From Veleropilina oligotropha (Eukaryota): a stretch of 54,193 bases of DNA. Numbering within the stretch: the stretch's first letter is position 1; the number at the start of each line of letters is the position of its first letter. The stretch is from contig JBEUKZ010000129.1 of assembly GCA_048128005.1 (NCBI GenBank), forward strand, positions 248,001-302,193, in the 5' to 3' direction. Both the position numbers and the translations under genes were made by a program. The notes under the pieces were generated by a model. The model was not told where the DNA came from. It ran no database searches and saw only the letters and a program-made list of their open reading frames with translations. Positions 36,130 through 49,907 of the stretch are shown here, one piece after another.

Positions 36130-39100
36130 GTAATACTGCATCAAATCATATTATTAAATGCCTGTATCAGGTGGCATAAATGGGCGATGTAGAAAAGGAA
36201 GTAGGAAGCTAAACCACGCACCTGCCACCGTATTATTGATTGATATACCTACAACATTTGCATGATAGAACATCAGACGCACGTAATCCACCTATAAATA
36301 TGAATCGAGACCCAGCATGTATATTGTTATCATATGTGCGTCTTTTTCAAATCGAATTTCAAAGAGCATTCTTTATAAACGGTATATTGTATTTAAAAAA
36401 CAATACAGTTGCACAAGGTTGGCACGGTTTATCAGGAACGGATTTTGATCAACAATACCTTTTGTTCGAGAACGAGCAGAGGCAATCCTGGAGATAGTGC
36501 CTACGTAAAAATGTTAATGGTGTTGAATTGCGAGCATCATGATGACGTTTACTATTTTTTACGAAACCCCGAATAGATTTCACCACCATCCTTCAATTAG
36601 CCGTCAGTGTTAGAATAGCCGACGTCGGCCATCGGTTTCGAACCCCATATCACAAATTGCATCATTTCATCTTTTCTGACTACCCAAAAAATATACCGGA
36701 ACATGTAAAAGGACTGATATCTATTTTTATATGCTTCAATTTTCCATTTCCTGAATGTCTGCCTTTCTATCCACATCTCTAAATTTCAGATAACAAATAA
36801 GGCCATTTTACATGGACAATGCCAATCAATAAACAATGATAAAACGTTCCTAAACTGTTCATGTCAATTGCTAGCAAGCAGTCGATGTGCCTAGTAAGAA
36901 CGCTTATTATAAGCAATTATTACAAATAATATGCATCTACAGTACATGACCTGGCGTCAAATAACGCAGTGAGTAAATGCAGTAATTTGTTAATTTAAAA
37001 CAATATCTGAAATAGTTCTAGACTTTTACTCTTAACACATATCCGTCTGGGATGACGTGACGCAATAACCATTTACATTGTAGAAATATTAATAGATAAT
37101 ATAATAAAATGTAGTAGGTTGGCTAAATTAACCTCAAACTGTCAAGTCAGTCGTGCAAATTCGACTGTTACGCAAAATAAAACGTGAGCATCGCTTTGGA
37201 ATGCACTGATTTCCCATAACTGTGTCCCATTGTCGCTGTTATCGACGTCAGGGGTCGCAGGGTGCTCGTCTGTGTTTACCGTCGCTGACACGGCAGGTAG
37301 GCGATCCATATCGATCTTATTGTTCCCCCAAGACAACAACAAACACTTGTGACAACGATACAAATACATTGTTAATATTGAATAAGTCTCATCGGACGCA
37401 CAATGTCGATACAGTCTATAAATATGACCGAATGTCCTCGGGTCGTTAGCGGTTTGACATTTGATGACCTTTCGTAAGGTATAACTGGCGGCACGGATCG
37501 ATATTGCACCTGGACAACGTTAGTCATCTCTGACGAGCTAGTGCAACGGTATGCGAGTCTTAATGGCGCATTCACCGCACTATGAAATCAAACAGGTGTG
37601 CATAGATGTTTATATACATATGGTATTGTTTTGTGGGCGTTTTATGATGATAATACCGGATATTACTGATGCAAATGATATGTGTGCATCTAGCATCGCA
37701 TAAACAGTATTATCCCATTTACTGTAAATTAAACAATAATTAAAGCTGCAAGCAGCTAAAAGGGCTCCAAGATGAGAGAGGAAACAAAAATAAGCAACTT
37801 GCCTGCACCATTAAAGTGGCCCGCGTGAAGTCCCGATCTCACAGCATATGACAATGCGTTAATACTTATGAAGTTATATTAAAGAAATCGTAGCAAAACA
37901 GAAGTACTGCACGACAGATGAATTCGCTACATAAATGTATGTATGTATGTATTATTATTATTAACATCGCGTTGATCACTTCAGCCGTTTGGCAGAAGAA
38001 GATGGTATAAAAGGTGTTTTTTTTTAAGAAAAAGTCTTGATTACCGGTAAGCCGATAGCGCCACTTGGCTGAAATTAAGTGCGTCTGAACTTCAGTACCA
38101 TAGCTACATGTTTACCATTTTTAGATTTTTTGTTTTATTAGTGGTTTGGGAGTTATCACTGGTACAAAAATCAGAGTCTATTAAGTAGTGTGGTGTAGCG
38201 GGGGGGGGGGGGATCTTAACAGTGACAACATAGTAGGCTCCCTTATTCCACAATTTTCATTAGTCTAGTTTAATGGTGTTAGCCATGAATCACCCCTGGT
38301 TAATTATAATGAGATATATAGAACTGGTCACTGGGACTGAGTACATGCGTGTAGAGTCAATAAATCAGCATCATAAACTGCCTACACCAGGCAGCCTTTA
38401 CGACATCTGCAAGACCAGATCATAAAATGCCACAACTTCATTCATGATAACATCATAAATGCTGTAATCGCCTTCCTAAGACTGTAGTAGGAATAAAAAT
38501 ATGTCTTATAAACATAAAAAATATTGATCATATGCATGCCAAAATTTCCAATTAAAATGATCTTAATACAGTATAGTTTCAGTGAAAATTTAACTTAAAT
38601 CGGATAATGGTGAACAAAGTATTTCAGGTCTATAATATCAAAGATCATTGCTTAATAACTGTCAAACAAATTCATTTTTGCGATTTTTTTAATTAATATT
38701 ATATTAGATAACTTTGATATGAACAAGATGAATTATATTACGATTCATGTACTTAAAAATTAAAAAAGTTGCAGCCAATTCAATTTTGAAATTTAATTTC
38801 TTTTATAACTCCATTTTATTTTATCTAACAAATTATTCGATTACAGCAACATATACAGATGTGATGCTGATCAGAACTACAAATTTTTTATTGGATCACA
38901 CAACCCAGTTCGGAGAAAAGCGCATTTTAAAGTTTTTCAAAAAATCAACGATGGCGCCGAAACTGTGATGTTTAGCGACCAAATTCTTGCAACAAACATA
39001 ACACCCTAGTGATATACACATGCCCCAGATCATTGAAAGCAGTCGGTTAAATGGTTTAAAAGTTACCGCTGAAATAAAAAAGTGTGATTTTTTCAAAATT

Positions 39101-42100
39101 ATTGAGAGATTCAGATGGCCGTAACTGCCTTGCTTTTGTTCCGATAACATTTTCGCTCCCAAACATTTTTCTTCACATAGTGAAGATCATTATTTAGGAA
39201 CATCGCGTAGCTCACTTTAGCCGTTTGGCTGAAGAAGATGGTATAAAAAGGTGCTTTTTTAAAGAAAAAACCTTAATTGCCGCTAAGCCAGTGGCGCCGC
39301 ATAGCAGAAATTAAGTGCGATTCAACTTCAGTACCATAGCTACATGTTTACCATTTTTAGAGTTTTTGATTTAAGCGGTTTGGAAGTTATCACTGGTACA
39401 AAAATCAGACGGAATAATAAGAATAATAATAATTAAAGCTGCAAGCAGCTAAAAGGGCTCCAAGATGAGAGAGGAAACAAAAATAAGCAACTTGCCTGCA
39501 CCATTAAAGTGGCCCGCGTGAAGTCCCGATCTCACAGCATATGACAATGCGTTAATACTTATGAAGTTATATTAAAGAAATCGTAGCCAAACAGAAGTAC
39601 TGCATGACAGATGAATTCGCTACATAAATGTATGTATGTATGTATTATTATTATTAACATCGCGTTGATCACTTCAGCCGTTTGACAGAAGAAGATGGTA
39701 TAAAAGGTGTTTTTTTTAAAGAAAAAGTCTTGATTACCGGTAAGCCGATAGCGCCACTTGGCTGAAATTAAGTGCGTCTGAACTTCAGTACCATAGCTAC
39801 ATGTTTACCATTTTTAGATTTTTTGTTTTATTAGTGGTTTGGGAGTTATCACTGGTACAAAAATCAGAGTCTATTAAGTAGTGTGGTGTAGGGGGGGGGG
39901 GGGGGATCTTAACAGTGACAACATAGTAGGCTCCCTTATTCCACAATTTTCATTAGTCTAGTTTAATGGTGTTAGCCATGAATCACCCCTGGTTAATTCT
40001 AATGAGATATATAGAACTGGTCACTGGGACTGAGTACATGGGTGTAGAGTCAATAAATCAGCATCATAAACTGCCTACACCAGGCAGCCTTTACGACATC
40101 TGCAAGACCAGATCATAAAATGCCACAACTTCATTCATGATAACATCATAAATGCTGTAATCGCCTTCCTAAGACTGTAGTAGGAATAAAAATATGTCTT
40201 ATAAACATAAAAAATATTGATCATATGCATGCCAAAATTTCCAATTAAAATGATCTTAATACAGTATAGTTTCAGTGAAAATTTAACTTAAATCGGATAA
40301 TGGTGAACGAAGTATTTCAGGTCTATAATATCAAAGATCATTGCTTAATAACTGTCAAAAAAATTCATTTTTGCGATTTTTTTAATTAATATTATATTAG
40401 ATAACTTTGATATGAACAAGATGAATTATATTACGATTCATGTACTTAAAAATTAAAAAAGTTGCAGCCAATTCAATTTTGAAATTTAATTTCTTGTATA
40501 ACTCCATTTTATTTTATCTAACAAATTATTCGATTACAGCAACATATACAGATGTGATGCTGATCAGAACTACAAATTTTTTATTGGATCACACAACCCA
40601 GTTCGGAGAAAAGCGCATTTTAAAGTTTTCAAAAAATCAACGATGGCACCGAAACTGTGACGTTTAGCGACCAAATTCTTGCAACAAACATAACACCCTA
40701 GTGATATACACATGCCCCAGATCATTGAAAGCAGTCGGTTAAATGGTTTAAAAGTTACCGCTGAAATAAAAAAGTGTGATTTTTTCAAAATTATTGAGAG
40801 ATTCAGATGGCCGTAACTGCCTTGCTTTTGTTCCGATAACATTTTCGCTCTCAAACATTTTTCTTCACATAGTGAAGATCATTATTTAGGAACATCGCAT
40901 AGCTCACTTTAGCCGTTTGGCCGAAGAAGATGGTATAAAAAGGTGCTTTTTTAAAGAAAAAACCTTAATTGCCGCTAAGCCAGTGGCGCCGCATAGCAGA
41001 AATTAAGTGCGATTCAACTTCAGTACCATAGCTACATGTTTACCATTTTTAGAGTTTTTGATTTAAGCGGTTTGGAAGTTATCACTGGTACAAAAATCAG
41101 ACGGAATAATAAGAATAATAATAATAAAGAAAATAGCAAAAACAATAGGGCTCCAGCTGAAGCTGTTGGAGCCCTAATAAAGAAAAATAGCAAAAACAAT
41201 AGGGCTCCAGCTGAAGCTGTTGGAGCCCTAACAAGCATTATATATTATTTGTACAATATAAGTTGCCGCGCGACGTCTCGGTAAACATGGTACATTGAAT
41301 ACCGAATGAAGTTGAAGTTTAACGTAATAATGTATTCAATGCGCCATGTTTACTAAAACGTTGCTTGATAACATTTATCTTGCTTTGAAAATGATAAAAA
41401 TACTAAAACTCCTGACTTCGCTCATAAAACTGTTGTTATTTATACCGTGATGAGTTCAAAATGGCAGACGATAAACTTCAGTAACGCTTACTCAAGGTTT
41501 TTCAAGTGGTAACAGTTTGATTGACATGCGACGTATGACGTCAGCGTGGCATAAGGCTTCCATATACCACGTCAGGCTGGAGTTTACGGCGAGTTAGTAA
41601 AATGACGCCAGCCAATCAGACGAGAGGATACGCGGCCAAAGAAGTTGTACCATGAACGGACTTCATTTTAAAAAGGAAAAGGGATTAGTTGTAAAAATCG
41701 GGGTTAAGTCAAAGTGGGAGATGGTAACTGATTTCAAAACACGCCAACGCACTATGACCTATAACTCGGTCATGACATGACAAGCTATGTGTACAGTCAT
41801 CATCTATCAATAGTGGCTATTATCTGTATTTCCCAGTTTTGATCAAATTAAACGCAATTGTAAAAATTCAAATTCGAACGACGGATAAACGGTTTTAAAA
41901 TCATCAATTCTGGCTACTAGTTTTAAGAATAAGAACGCCGAATATCAAATTTTATTTTTTTTCCTATCACGGTAAACTATTATAGATAACCTGGTTTTAA
42001 ATAGTAATGCCATAATTCATATTTGCAAATCTTAATTTGACGAATTTAAATTCAACATGATATGTTAATTTGTAAACTGGATATAACATTTTAAGTTTTT

Positions 42101-45100
42101 TAGTTCTTTTCAACAATTTTCGGTCGAATTGTAGCCGGAACTCCCGAGTTTAAGCGCTGATCATGGACAACGTTCCTTAATTTCAGTGATAAACAAGAAC
42201 CGGCGCGTTCAACGTAATTTGGTTGTGGGTCTGGTGGTTTAGATTTATAATTCCATACGCGATTTGATCACTCCGGTAACCGTGTGGTTTCGAGTGCCGA
42301 CTCTGAATTCACTGGCGTGACTGCTCTGCATAACAGGAGTGCGACCGAATCTCGATTTGAACAGTAGCAGTCATTGTTCAGTTACCCAGTACAGTTATCC
42401 ATAACTGTCTGAAACGGGCGGCCGATAATATGAAGATGTCCTGGTTTGAACCCGAAGGTTGTAAATATACATTACACTAAGAATCGATCTAATCCATATG
42501 CGACTATTACTGCACATTTATGTAAATATAGCGACGATATGTGATACAATACGTTAAAATTGAACTTGTCACGAGAATTCATGATTATACCAACTGTCGA
42601 CGTCAATAACCTTTGTGATAAAATAGCCACGATATTGACAGTAATATAAGTCATACAGATGTCACATTATTGAATATTCACACCATAAATGCATTAATAC
42701 TTCATATCCTTCATTGGAGACAAATGAATACAAGATCGCTCTGAGAGCAACACTTGACAAAATGTGACATACAACACAAAAACATTTTATCAATGTATCA
42801 ATTGGATGTTTTCAATATTCAAAGCATTACACAATTAAAGATATAATTACATCGACATTGTAATTATTAGTATACATAGCTGAATGAAATTGACATATAC
42901 ATACTGCAAGAGGTTTCGTAGTAAATGCCGTTTATAATTTAGCGTTTTTTTACGCCCCCCTTTGACAGCCATTTTGTCATGAAACTGTCCAGGGAAATAC
43001 ACTTACTTATTGTGCATTGATCTAAAGAACATTTTAATCCCATGCACCATTCTCGAGATATTAGCGAAAATGTCATATGTCCTTTCCCTAATAGTCACTT
43101 TGGCGGCCATCTTGTTGATAATACTGTCAAGAAGATGACACCTCATCCGTGCGCAAAGATGTTATGAACATTTTTAGCCCATCAGAAAGTTTATAAGGCG
43201 CTTGATCCTCGAGATATTAGCAAAAATGTCATATGATTTTCTCCTTAATTGTGACCTTGACCTTTGGATTTTTTAAGGAATTTTTGTGTGAAATCCATAG
43301 AACATAATGCTGTATGTCAGACGCATTGTAAAAAATGTTAATTTCATTATAATTGAAGAAATTGAAATTTCACCCATTTTTACCCTCTATTTGGCGGCCA
43401 TCTTGTTAATGATACTGTCAGGAAAATCAAACTTACTGATTGCGCATTGGGCTAAAGAACATTTTAAGCCCACCAGTAAGTTTGTACGATGCCCCTTTCT
43501 CGAGATATTAACGAAAATATGGTATTAACCTTTCCCTTAATAATGGCCTTGACCTTTGACCTATGACGTCCAAAAGTTGATCAGTCATTGCGCATTTAGG
43601 TAAAGGATAACATGAGCCCATCAGAAAGTGTATACGGTGCTCCATTCTCGAGATATTAGCCAAAATGTTATACAAACTTTTACGTAACAACGACCTTGAC
43701 CTTTGACCTTTTTGTGATTTTTTCTTACGACATCACTAGAACCTTATATGGGCTGTCAGATGCATTGCAAAATATGTTAATTTCATTTGAATTGAAGAAA
43801 TTCGAAATTTGACCTATTTTGACCTCCTTTCGCGGCCATGTTGTTACCTGTTTAGGACTTTTTTTGGTGATATCATTAGACCACCATGAGGGCTGTCAGA
43901 TGCACTGCAAAATATGTTAATTTCATTGGAATTGAAGAAATTCGAAATTTGACCTATTTTGATCCCCCCTTTGGCAGCCATCTTGTTGATAAAACTGTCA
44001 GGAAAATTACCATTACTCCTTGCGAATTGATCTTACGAACATTTTAAGCCCATCAGTGAGTTTGTACTAAGCTGCATTCTTGAGATATTAACGAAAATAT
44101 GGTAATGACTTTCCCATAATTATGACCTTGACCTTTGACCTATGACGTCCAAAAGTTGATCAATCCGAGGGTTTCAGAAGTTACATCGACCCTGAAAGTT
44201 TGAAGGTGATTGCTTAAGTGGTTTGGCCGTAATCGTGCTTACAGACAAACAAACAAACAGACACAGACTAAGCCGACCAACATACTTTACAAATTTTTTA
44301 AATATTTGTCAAGTAATAATAATATTATGTTATAAACACGAAAATAATTGCTTGATAGTCGTGAGAAAAAAAGGAATGAAAGGATCTATGCTTAATATCC
44401 TGGGCCCCGTTTCACTAAGCGTTCGTAGCTGCGAGTGACTAGTATGTTTCTAAATATAGCACTTTACGTGTGAGAAGCGTTTCACTAACCATTCGTTGCT
44501 ACGAATCAAACGTAACTCCATAACGAGACTGCTTCGTAAGTTTTGTTTTGTTTTGAACATATTTATTCCCTCGTAAGTTGAGAGCGTTTCACTAACCACT
44601 CGCAGCAACGATTGACCTACGAATGACCCGTAAATGCTGCGAGTGCCTAGTGAAAGCATGTAGCTCTCGTAAGCCATTCGTAACTTCAAATACTTCCCAA
44701 AATACGAGGGTACAGACATTAATTTTGACGTTGATAATTTATATTCCAAGAACTACTTGAAGCTTAGAAGCCCATTTCATTTCTCAACCAATGAGAGAGC
44801 AGTATTTGTTGTCACTTATTGCTAAAGACGACACTCGTCAGGTCTTTTGTTAGCGTTAAGGGCAGAACACATGTGCGCGCACGTCAATTTTGACGCACAC
44901 GTTCAGGCGTCAATTTTTGGATAAGCCGAACATATGTGCCGCGCACGTCAAGCGTACGTCAAGCGCAAATAATACTAAATTGTACGTTATCCAATAAATG
45001 ATTTCGTTTCTTCAGCCAATCCCATTTTCATTACCTTGTATTTGAAATAAAATGACGTCTGGTCATTGTTCTTCTAATGACGATGTTAGGGTTGCCTTGG

Positions 45101-48100
45101 TTCATGTAATGAAAAAGCACAGGAGACGCGCATGGATTCATGATATCTTGAAGAAGAGGGCTGAATTAGGCGAATACCATCTATAGTTTAATTTAGTTTA
45201 AACGTATTTATTCCAACTAAATTATGGATGGGATTGGGTAAGAAGTAATTAAACTTATCTAGTACCCTCTCCCTACATATAATACAATAAATCAGATGGC
45301 AGTTCCGTAAGTGCAAATTATACGATATAAACAATAAGAATGTGCATTGATATATAATATAAATAGACACAGTAAGACATATCAGATATGACTAAGTAAG
45401 TATATGTTAGATGATGAATAATAATTATTATCAATAATAATTATTATCAATGATTGCATAAGGTTATTAAAGAAAACGCTCAGATGTATCAATATATGTC
45501 TGAACAGATTTAAATAATGGGCCGTTATTGTTATCATTAAGTGTTAAATCTCCATATAATATTGTATCAACAGTAATTTTCCTTAAGAACTGAATATCGT
45601 TCATTAGTACTAGCCTTTGTTGAACATAGTTAGGGCAAGTAAAAAAGTAATGATAAGCGTCTTCGGAATAAAATCCACAAGAACATTGGCTATAGACATT
45701 GGCTATAGACTAGTTAAAGAACTGAAACTTGACCATGACGGCTTCAGGTAGAATTTTAGAATGACGTGTGAGCAATTTTGGTGTCTGTACTGGGCCAGAG
45801 TGGTGGAATCCCTTTCGATTTTAATTAAAATGACGTCACTACATGGGATCCTCTACGCGCAAATAAATCTCGCGCGCAGGAAATGGGACAGATTGTTTTT
45901 TGACGGACGGACGAAATTGTAGCTTGACGTGCGCGCGAAGTACGTTCGACGTGCGCGACTCATTGTATACATAAAAGCACTGGTTCATTTTCCTGCGCGT
46001 GAACGTGCGCGCGACGTGTGCGCACATGTGTTCTGACCTTTACCCTGTCAATTATCAGGAATAGGGGTGACAGATTATAATCTTCATATGCGTCGTCTTA
46101 ATATAATGATAAATAAAGCAAATTATTAGTAACTAGCCGAATTGAGCTCCCTTCGGGAGCACTAATTCAGCGTTGTGGGGCCTGCGTCCCCAATTGGCGG
46201 GGCTTCGCCCCTCATATTAATTGACAATGTGTACTTATATACATATAATATTTTGTATTTTTGCTTTATTTTGCGACAACTACAAATTGCATAAAATTTG
46301 GCAAATTTATATTTTTCGCCTAAAAGTAAAAATTAATAATAAAAAAAATGTTCTTCAAAATTGGCCAAGACCATCCCCTGGGTACCCTTAGTTCACATGC
46401 AAAGTTTGGTGATGTTCGGCCCAGTGGTTACGGAGGAGATAGCGGACAGACAGACAGACAGACTCTACTCTTTTATATATAGAGATGAATATATGTTTCG
46501 ATAAAATAAACAGGTTGTCAAATTTGACAATAAGAATTAACTTGTGTGGAGAAATGAAATGGACTTCTAAGTCGGTTAGACGGCAGATTGGAGACCCTTA
46601 TCAAAAAGTAGGGCCGTCATACGGACTTGCCTTCTATTTTGATAAGATTCTCCAATCCGCCATCTAACCTATACATAGAATAAAATGTGTTAACGAAAAT
46701 AATGAAAAAATTAAATAATTTCCATGATCATATTACATCATTTAAATTGCTAATTTAGTGTGCCGATTTTAGTGTTGTCTTCAATAAATATAATCCAATC
46801 GGTAAGCAATTTCATATTACTGCTTTAAGTTAATTAATATCAGTTATCAAATAAAGATTACATTATGTATATACAGAGTTAATATAATCTTGTTGTAATT
46901 ATTAATAAATAATAATTCGTTGGATACATGATTGAGCCCCAGTCCAGCATTATATTTAATTAATTATTCCAAACAAAACTGGTAAGCGATTCATATTACC
47001 GCGTTGAGTTAATTCATATCAAAGCAAGTTTAATTAACAACATGGCCAATAATTTTAACTAGAGGACCGACATATGCTACTGTAATATTTTTGGAAATTA
47101 ACGGTGTGAAACCCCTCCCCTGAATTCTGGGAATGCAAATGCGATATATTTTACAAACATTTATTAACCATATATCCACCATTTTATAGGAGTAAAAGGT
47201 CGTAATTAGAAATATACTAGAAAATATGTTATTCAACTTTTCGTTTTTATTCAAAATAAGTGGTAGTTCGATCGCCCCTCTTTTCTGCGCCCATAAACAA
47301 ATAATGACTACATAAGGTATATTCAGAGTTAATAATTAAAATCTTGTCATAATTATCTTTTAATAAATAATAATTCAGTCCGTGTTTTTTATATTAAGCA
47401 CTTTATATGGGCCAATTTGTACTAAAAAGTCTTTAATTGCACTTGTAACAAATTCTTATTGCAAAAAATTGAATAAGTGCCACGAAAATGTGTCTTGAGT
47501 TTTCGTGAAATATTTGCATTACATACTTTTCATTGATAATTAAATAGGCGATCGAAAATATGTAAGATTTTATTAAATATGTTATCTGTTGTACATTTCA
47601 AATCGATCTATTCTGTTGTAAAGTTACTGTCTACTCCTGTCGACCTACTATTGTCATTTAAATTTACTCTCGCGTCGCCGCATTGAAACAATCAAATTCG
47701 TCATAGCAAGAATGTATTACATAACGTTGAACTCGCAGTCTATTGGTTAAAACGTTGCGAATGACCCGACTCGTATGTCAATTGTTGGCGACTTACGAAC
47801 GGCTTAGTGAAACGGTCTCTTCCCATTCGTATCTCCACTCGAAGGTCACACGTAACTCCACTACGTATTCGTTGCTACGAATAGCTTAGTGAAACGGGGC
47901 CCTGTATACTTACAACCATTGGATTCAAAGCAGGACATGTCCATATTATTGCGGAAAGAATGCCCGGTCACCCGGGGAAACCCGCCCTCTCCGACCAGTT
48001 ACGGACAACTGTGAATTATAACTGAACAAATAACGTCATGTCCCAACCGTGGTTCGAACGCACTACTGTTCGCGTCAGCGGAATCAAGCCAGTGATTATC

Positions 48101-48905
48101 GGATTATGCAACCGAAACCATGCGACTGTCGGATCCACCACACTGTCATAAGATCATGACAACGACATCATACATAACAATCAATGTTGATATTCGTTTA
48201 ATTCTAACTTTCGAACCGTTTTTTTCTTAATTTCGCAACGTTATGAACATCGAACGGCTTTGTTACATATACTCCTTGAGTGATAGATTTATCCAAATAT
48301 TTGAAGTATGATATAATAAAAGCAATATAACAGAAACAATTTGATATATTACAGTTGTAATTTCTATCATTAACGTCTCTACCTAAATAATTGCTTCAAA
48401 TTGTAAACCGATGTTTCAGTATGCTTGTACAAGTATTAAAGACTAAGGACATTATTTCAAAATGGAATGTTCTTTCTTCCGATTGTGATGCAAATAATTT
48501 TTTTCGGAAAGTTTGATTAGCAGGTAGAAATTTAAATTTATCGTGACATAATTAATATTTTTTGTATTCAGTTGATATAAAGTCTCATTAGACCGCTTTA
48601 CGTCAGGATATTATATATCTATTTTCAGACATGTGTTGAATTACCTGCGCACCGGTAGGCTCATACTTCCACAGGGGTTTAAAGAACTTTCATTGCTTAA
48701 GGAGGAATCGCGGTATTATTCCATTGAACCTCTCTACAGAGACATTGAAAACTTTGAGAAAATGCGCAGACGTCGGTACCGGAACCGGAAACGACGAAAT
48801 AATATGCAAAACGGAGAAAGAGGAAACGACGATGAATTTTCCGACGGTAGCAACGAATGGTTTGAGGATGAAATCGAAGTGGCTTCTCCAATAGATTTTC
48901 TATAG
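35954..48905 (+). CDS. KCTD-family BTB/POZ (T1-type) protein, 150 aa, exons 35954-36129 and 48629-48905
   Basis: VKLNVGGMFYTT..YFIDRDGPIFR|HVLNYLRTGRL..LLKEESRYYSIEPL; AG|GT donor and ttttcag acceptor in matching phase 2; ACCATGG start context. Confidence 0.92.
37742..41232 (+). mobile_element. Head-to-tail dimer (1693-bp period) of a HINE/Helentron-like element
   Basis: Units start aaagctgcaagcagc at 37742 and 39435 and are nearly identical; the 3' hairpin module agggctccagc..gttggagccct occurs twice at ~41128-41232. Confidence 0.85.
42940..44320 (+). mobile_element. HINE-like element with internal repeats
   Basis: Repeated ggcggccatcttg / ctcgagatatta / gaccttgacctttgacc blocks; (ACAA/ACAG)n near the end. 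Confidence 0.55.
44859..46039 (+). mobile_element. Harbinger deletion derivative with TTA TSD
   Basis: TIR AGGGCAGAACACATGTGCGC / GCGCACATGTGTTCTGACCT; remnants RRRAWIHDILKKRAELGEYHL (~45120) and FR*NFRMTCEQF (~45745). Confidence 0.8.
46131..46487 (+). mobile_element. DINE/HINE-like element
   Basis: AACTAG start with hairpin gagctcccttcgggagc; (GACA)n followed by a ttttatatatagagat end. Confidence 0.55.
48629..48905 (+). CDS. KCTD exon 2
   Basis: RHVLNYLR.. to TAG at 48903-48905; basic then acidic tail. Confidence 0.9.
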
Positions 48906-49366
48906 TATTTGAAATTACGATACGTGTACTTGAAATACTATAATGAAACAAAAATGACATGTTCTTAACATTTCAAATTAAATGTCTTGTGTTATTCTTT
49001 AAAATGAAACGTTTAGATTGCTGAAGTTTCGACATGTAATATGTAAACCACAAAGTACAAGGTACTGCCTGTGGTAATATTTAGAAGTCAACCCGTGATC
49101 GTCATCAAATATGGAGCCAAATACCCTGTGGATGAAAGAATCATATAATAATAATTAATTGAACGTAAGCACCATATCCATGACAGATTTTGATATTTAT
49201 TATAAATATGTGTATAGAAAACATAATTATAATGACTTGCAGACATACGAAACACAATGTTGAAATATAGAAATTCAATTGTCTTTTGAAACTCGATATT
49301 TATATGGTACTTTATATTTTCTTTCAAATCTTGGAGCTGCTTCATTGTATTTATGTTCGCTTGCAT

Positions 49367-49907
49367 AAACTGACAGTGTGTAGCATATACTGACAGTGTG
49401 TAGCATATACTGACAGTGTATAGCATATACTGACAGTGTGTAGCATATACTGACAGTGTGTAGCATATACTGACAGTGTGTAGCATATACTGACAGTGTG
49501 TAGCATATACTGACAGTGTGTAGCATATACTGACAGTGTGTAGCATATACTGACAGTGTGTAGCATATACTGACAGTGCGTAGCATATACTGACAGTGTG
49601 TAGCATATACTGACAGTGTGTAGCATATACTGACAGTGTGTAGCTTATACTGACAGTGTGTAGCATATACTGACAGTGTTGTAGCATATACTGACAGTGT
49701 GTAGCATATACTGACAGTGTGTAGCTTATACTGACAGTGTGTAGCATATACTGACAGTGTGTAGCATATACTGACAGTGTGTAGCATATACTGACAGTGT
49801 GTAGCATATACTGACAGTGTGTAGCGTATACTGACAGTGTGTAGCGTATACTGACAGTGTGTAGCATAAACCGACAGTGCGTAGCATAAACTTACAGTGT
49901 GTAGCTT
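49367..49907. repeat. 20-bp minisatellite, about 27 copies
   Basis: Unit tgacagtgtgtagcatatac. Confidence 0.95.

Larger units (their letters stand above)
44403..47901. mobile_element. Harbinger-type non-autonomous element with CTG TSD, inserted in a SINE and carrying further inserts
   Basis: TIR GGCCCCGTTTCACTAAGC / GCTTAGTGAAACGGGGCC; the flanks rejoin to aatatcctgtata, matching the intact SINE at ~6555. Confidence 0.85.

Noticed and set aside
37142..37575. Short ORFs in the KCTD intron
   Set aside because: No motif, splice support or repeat structure I can support.
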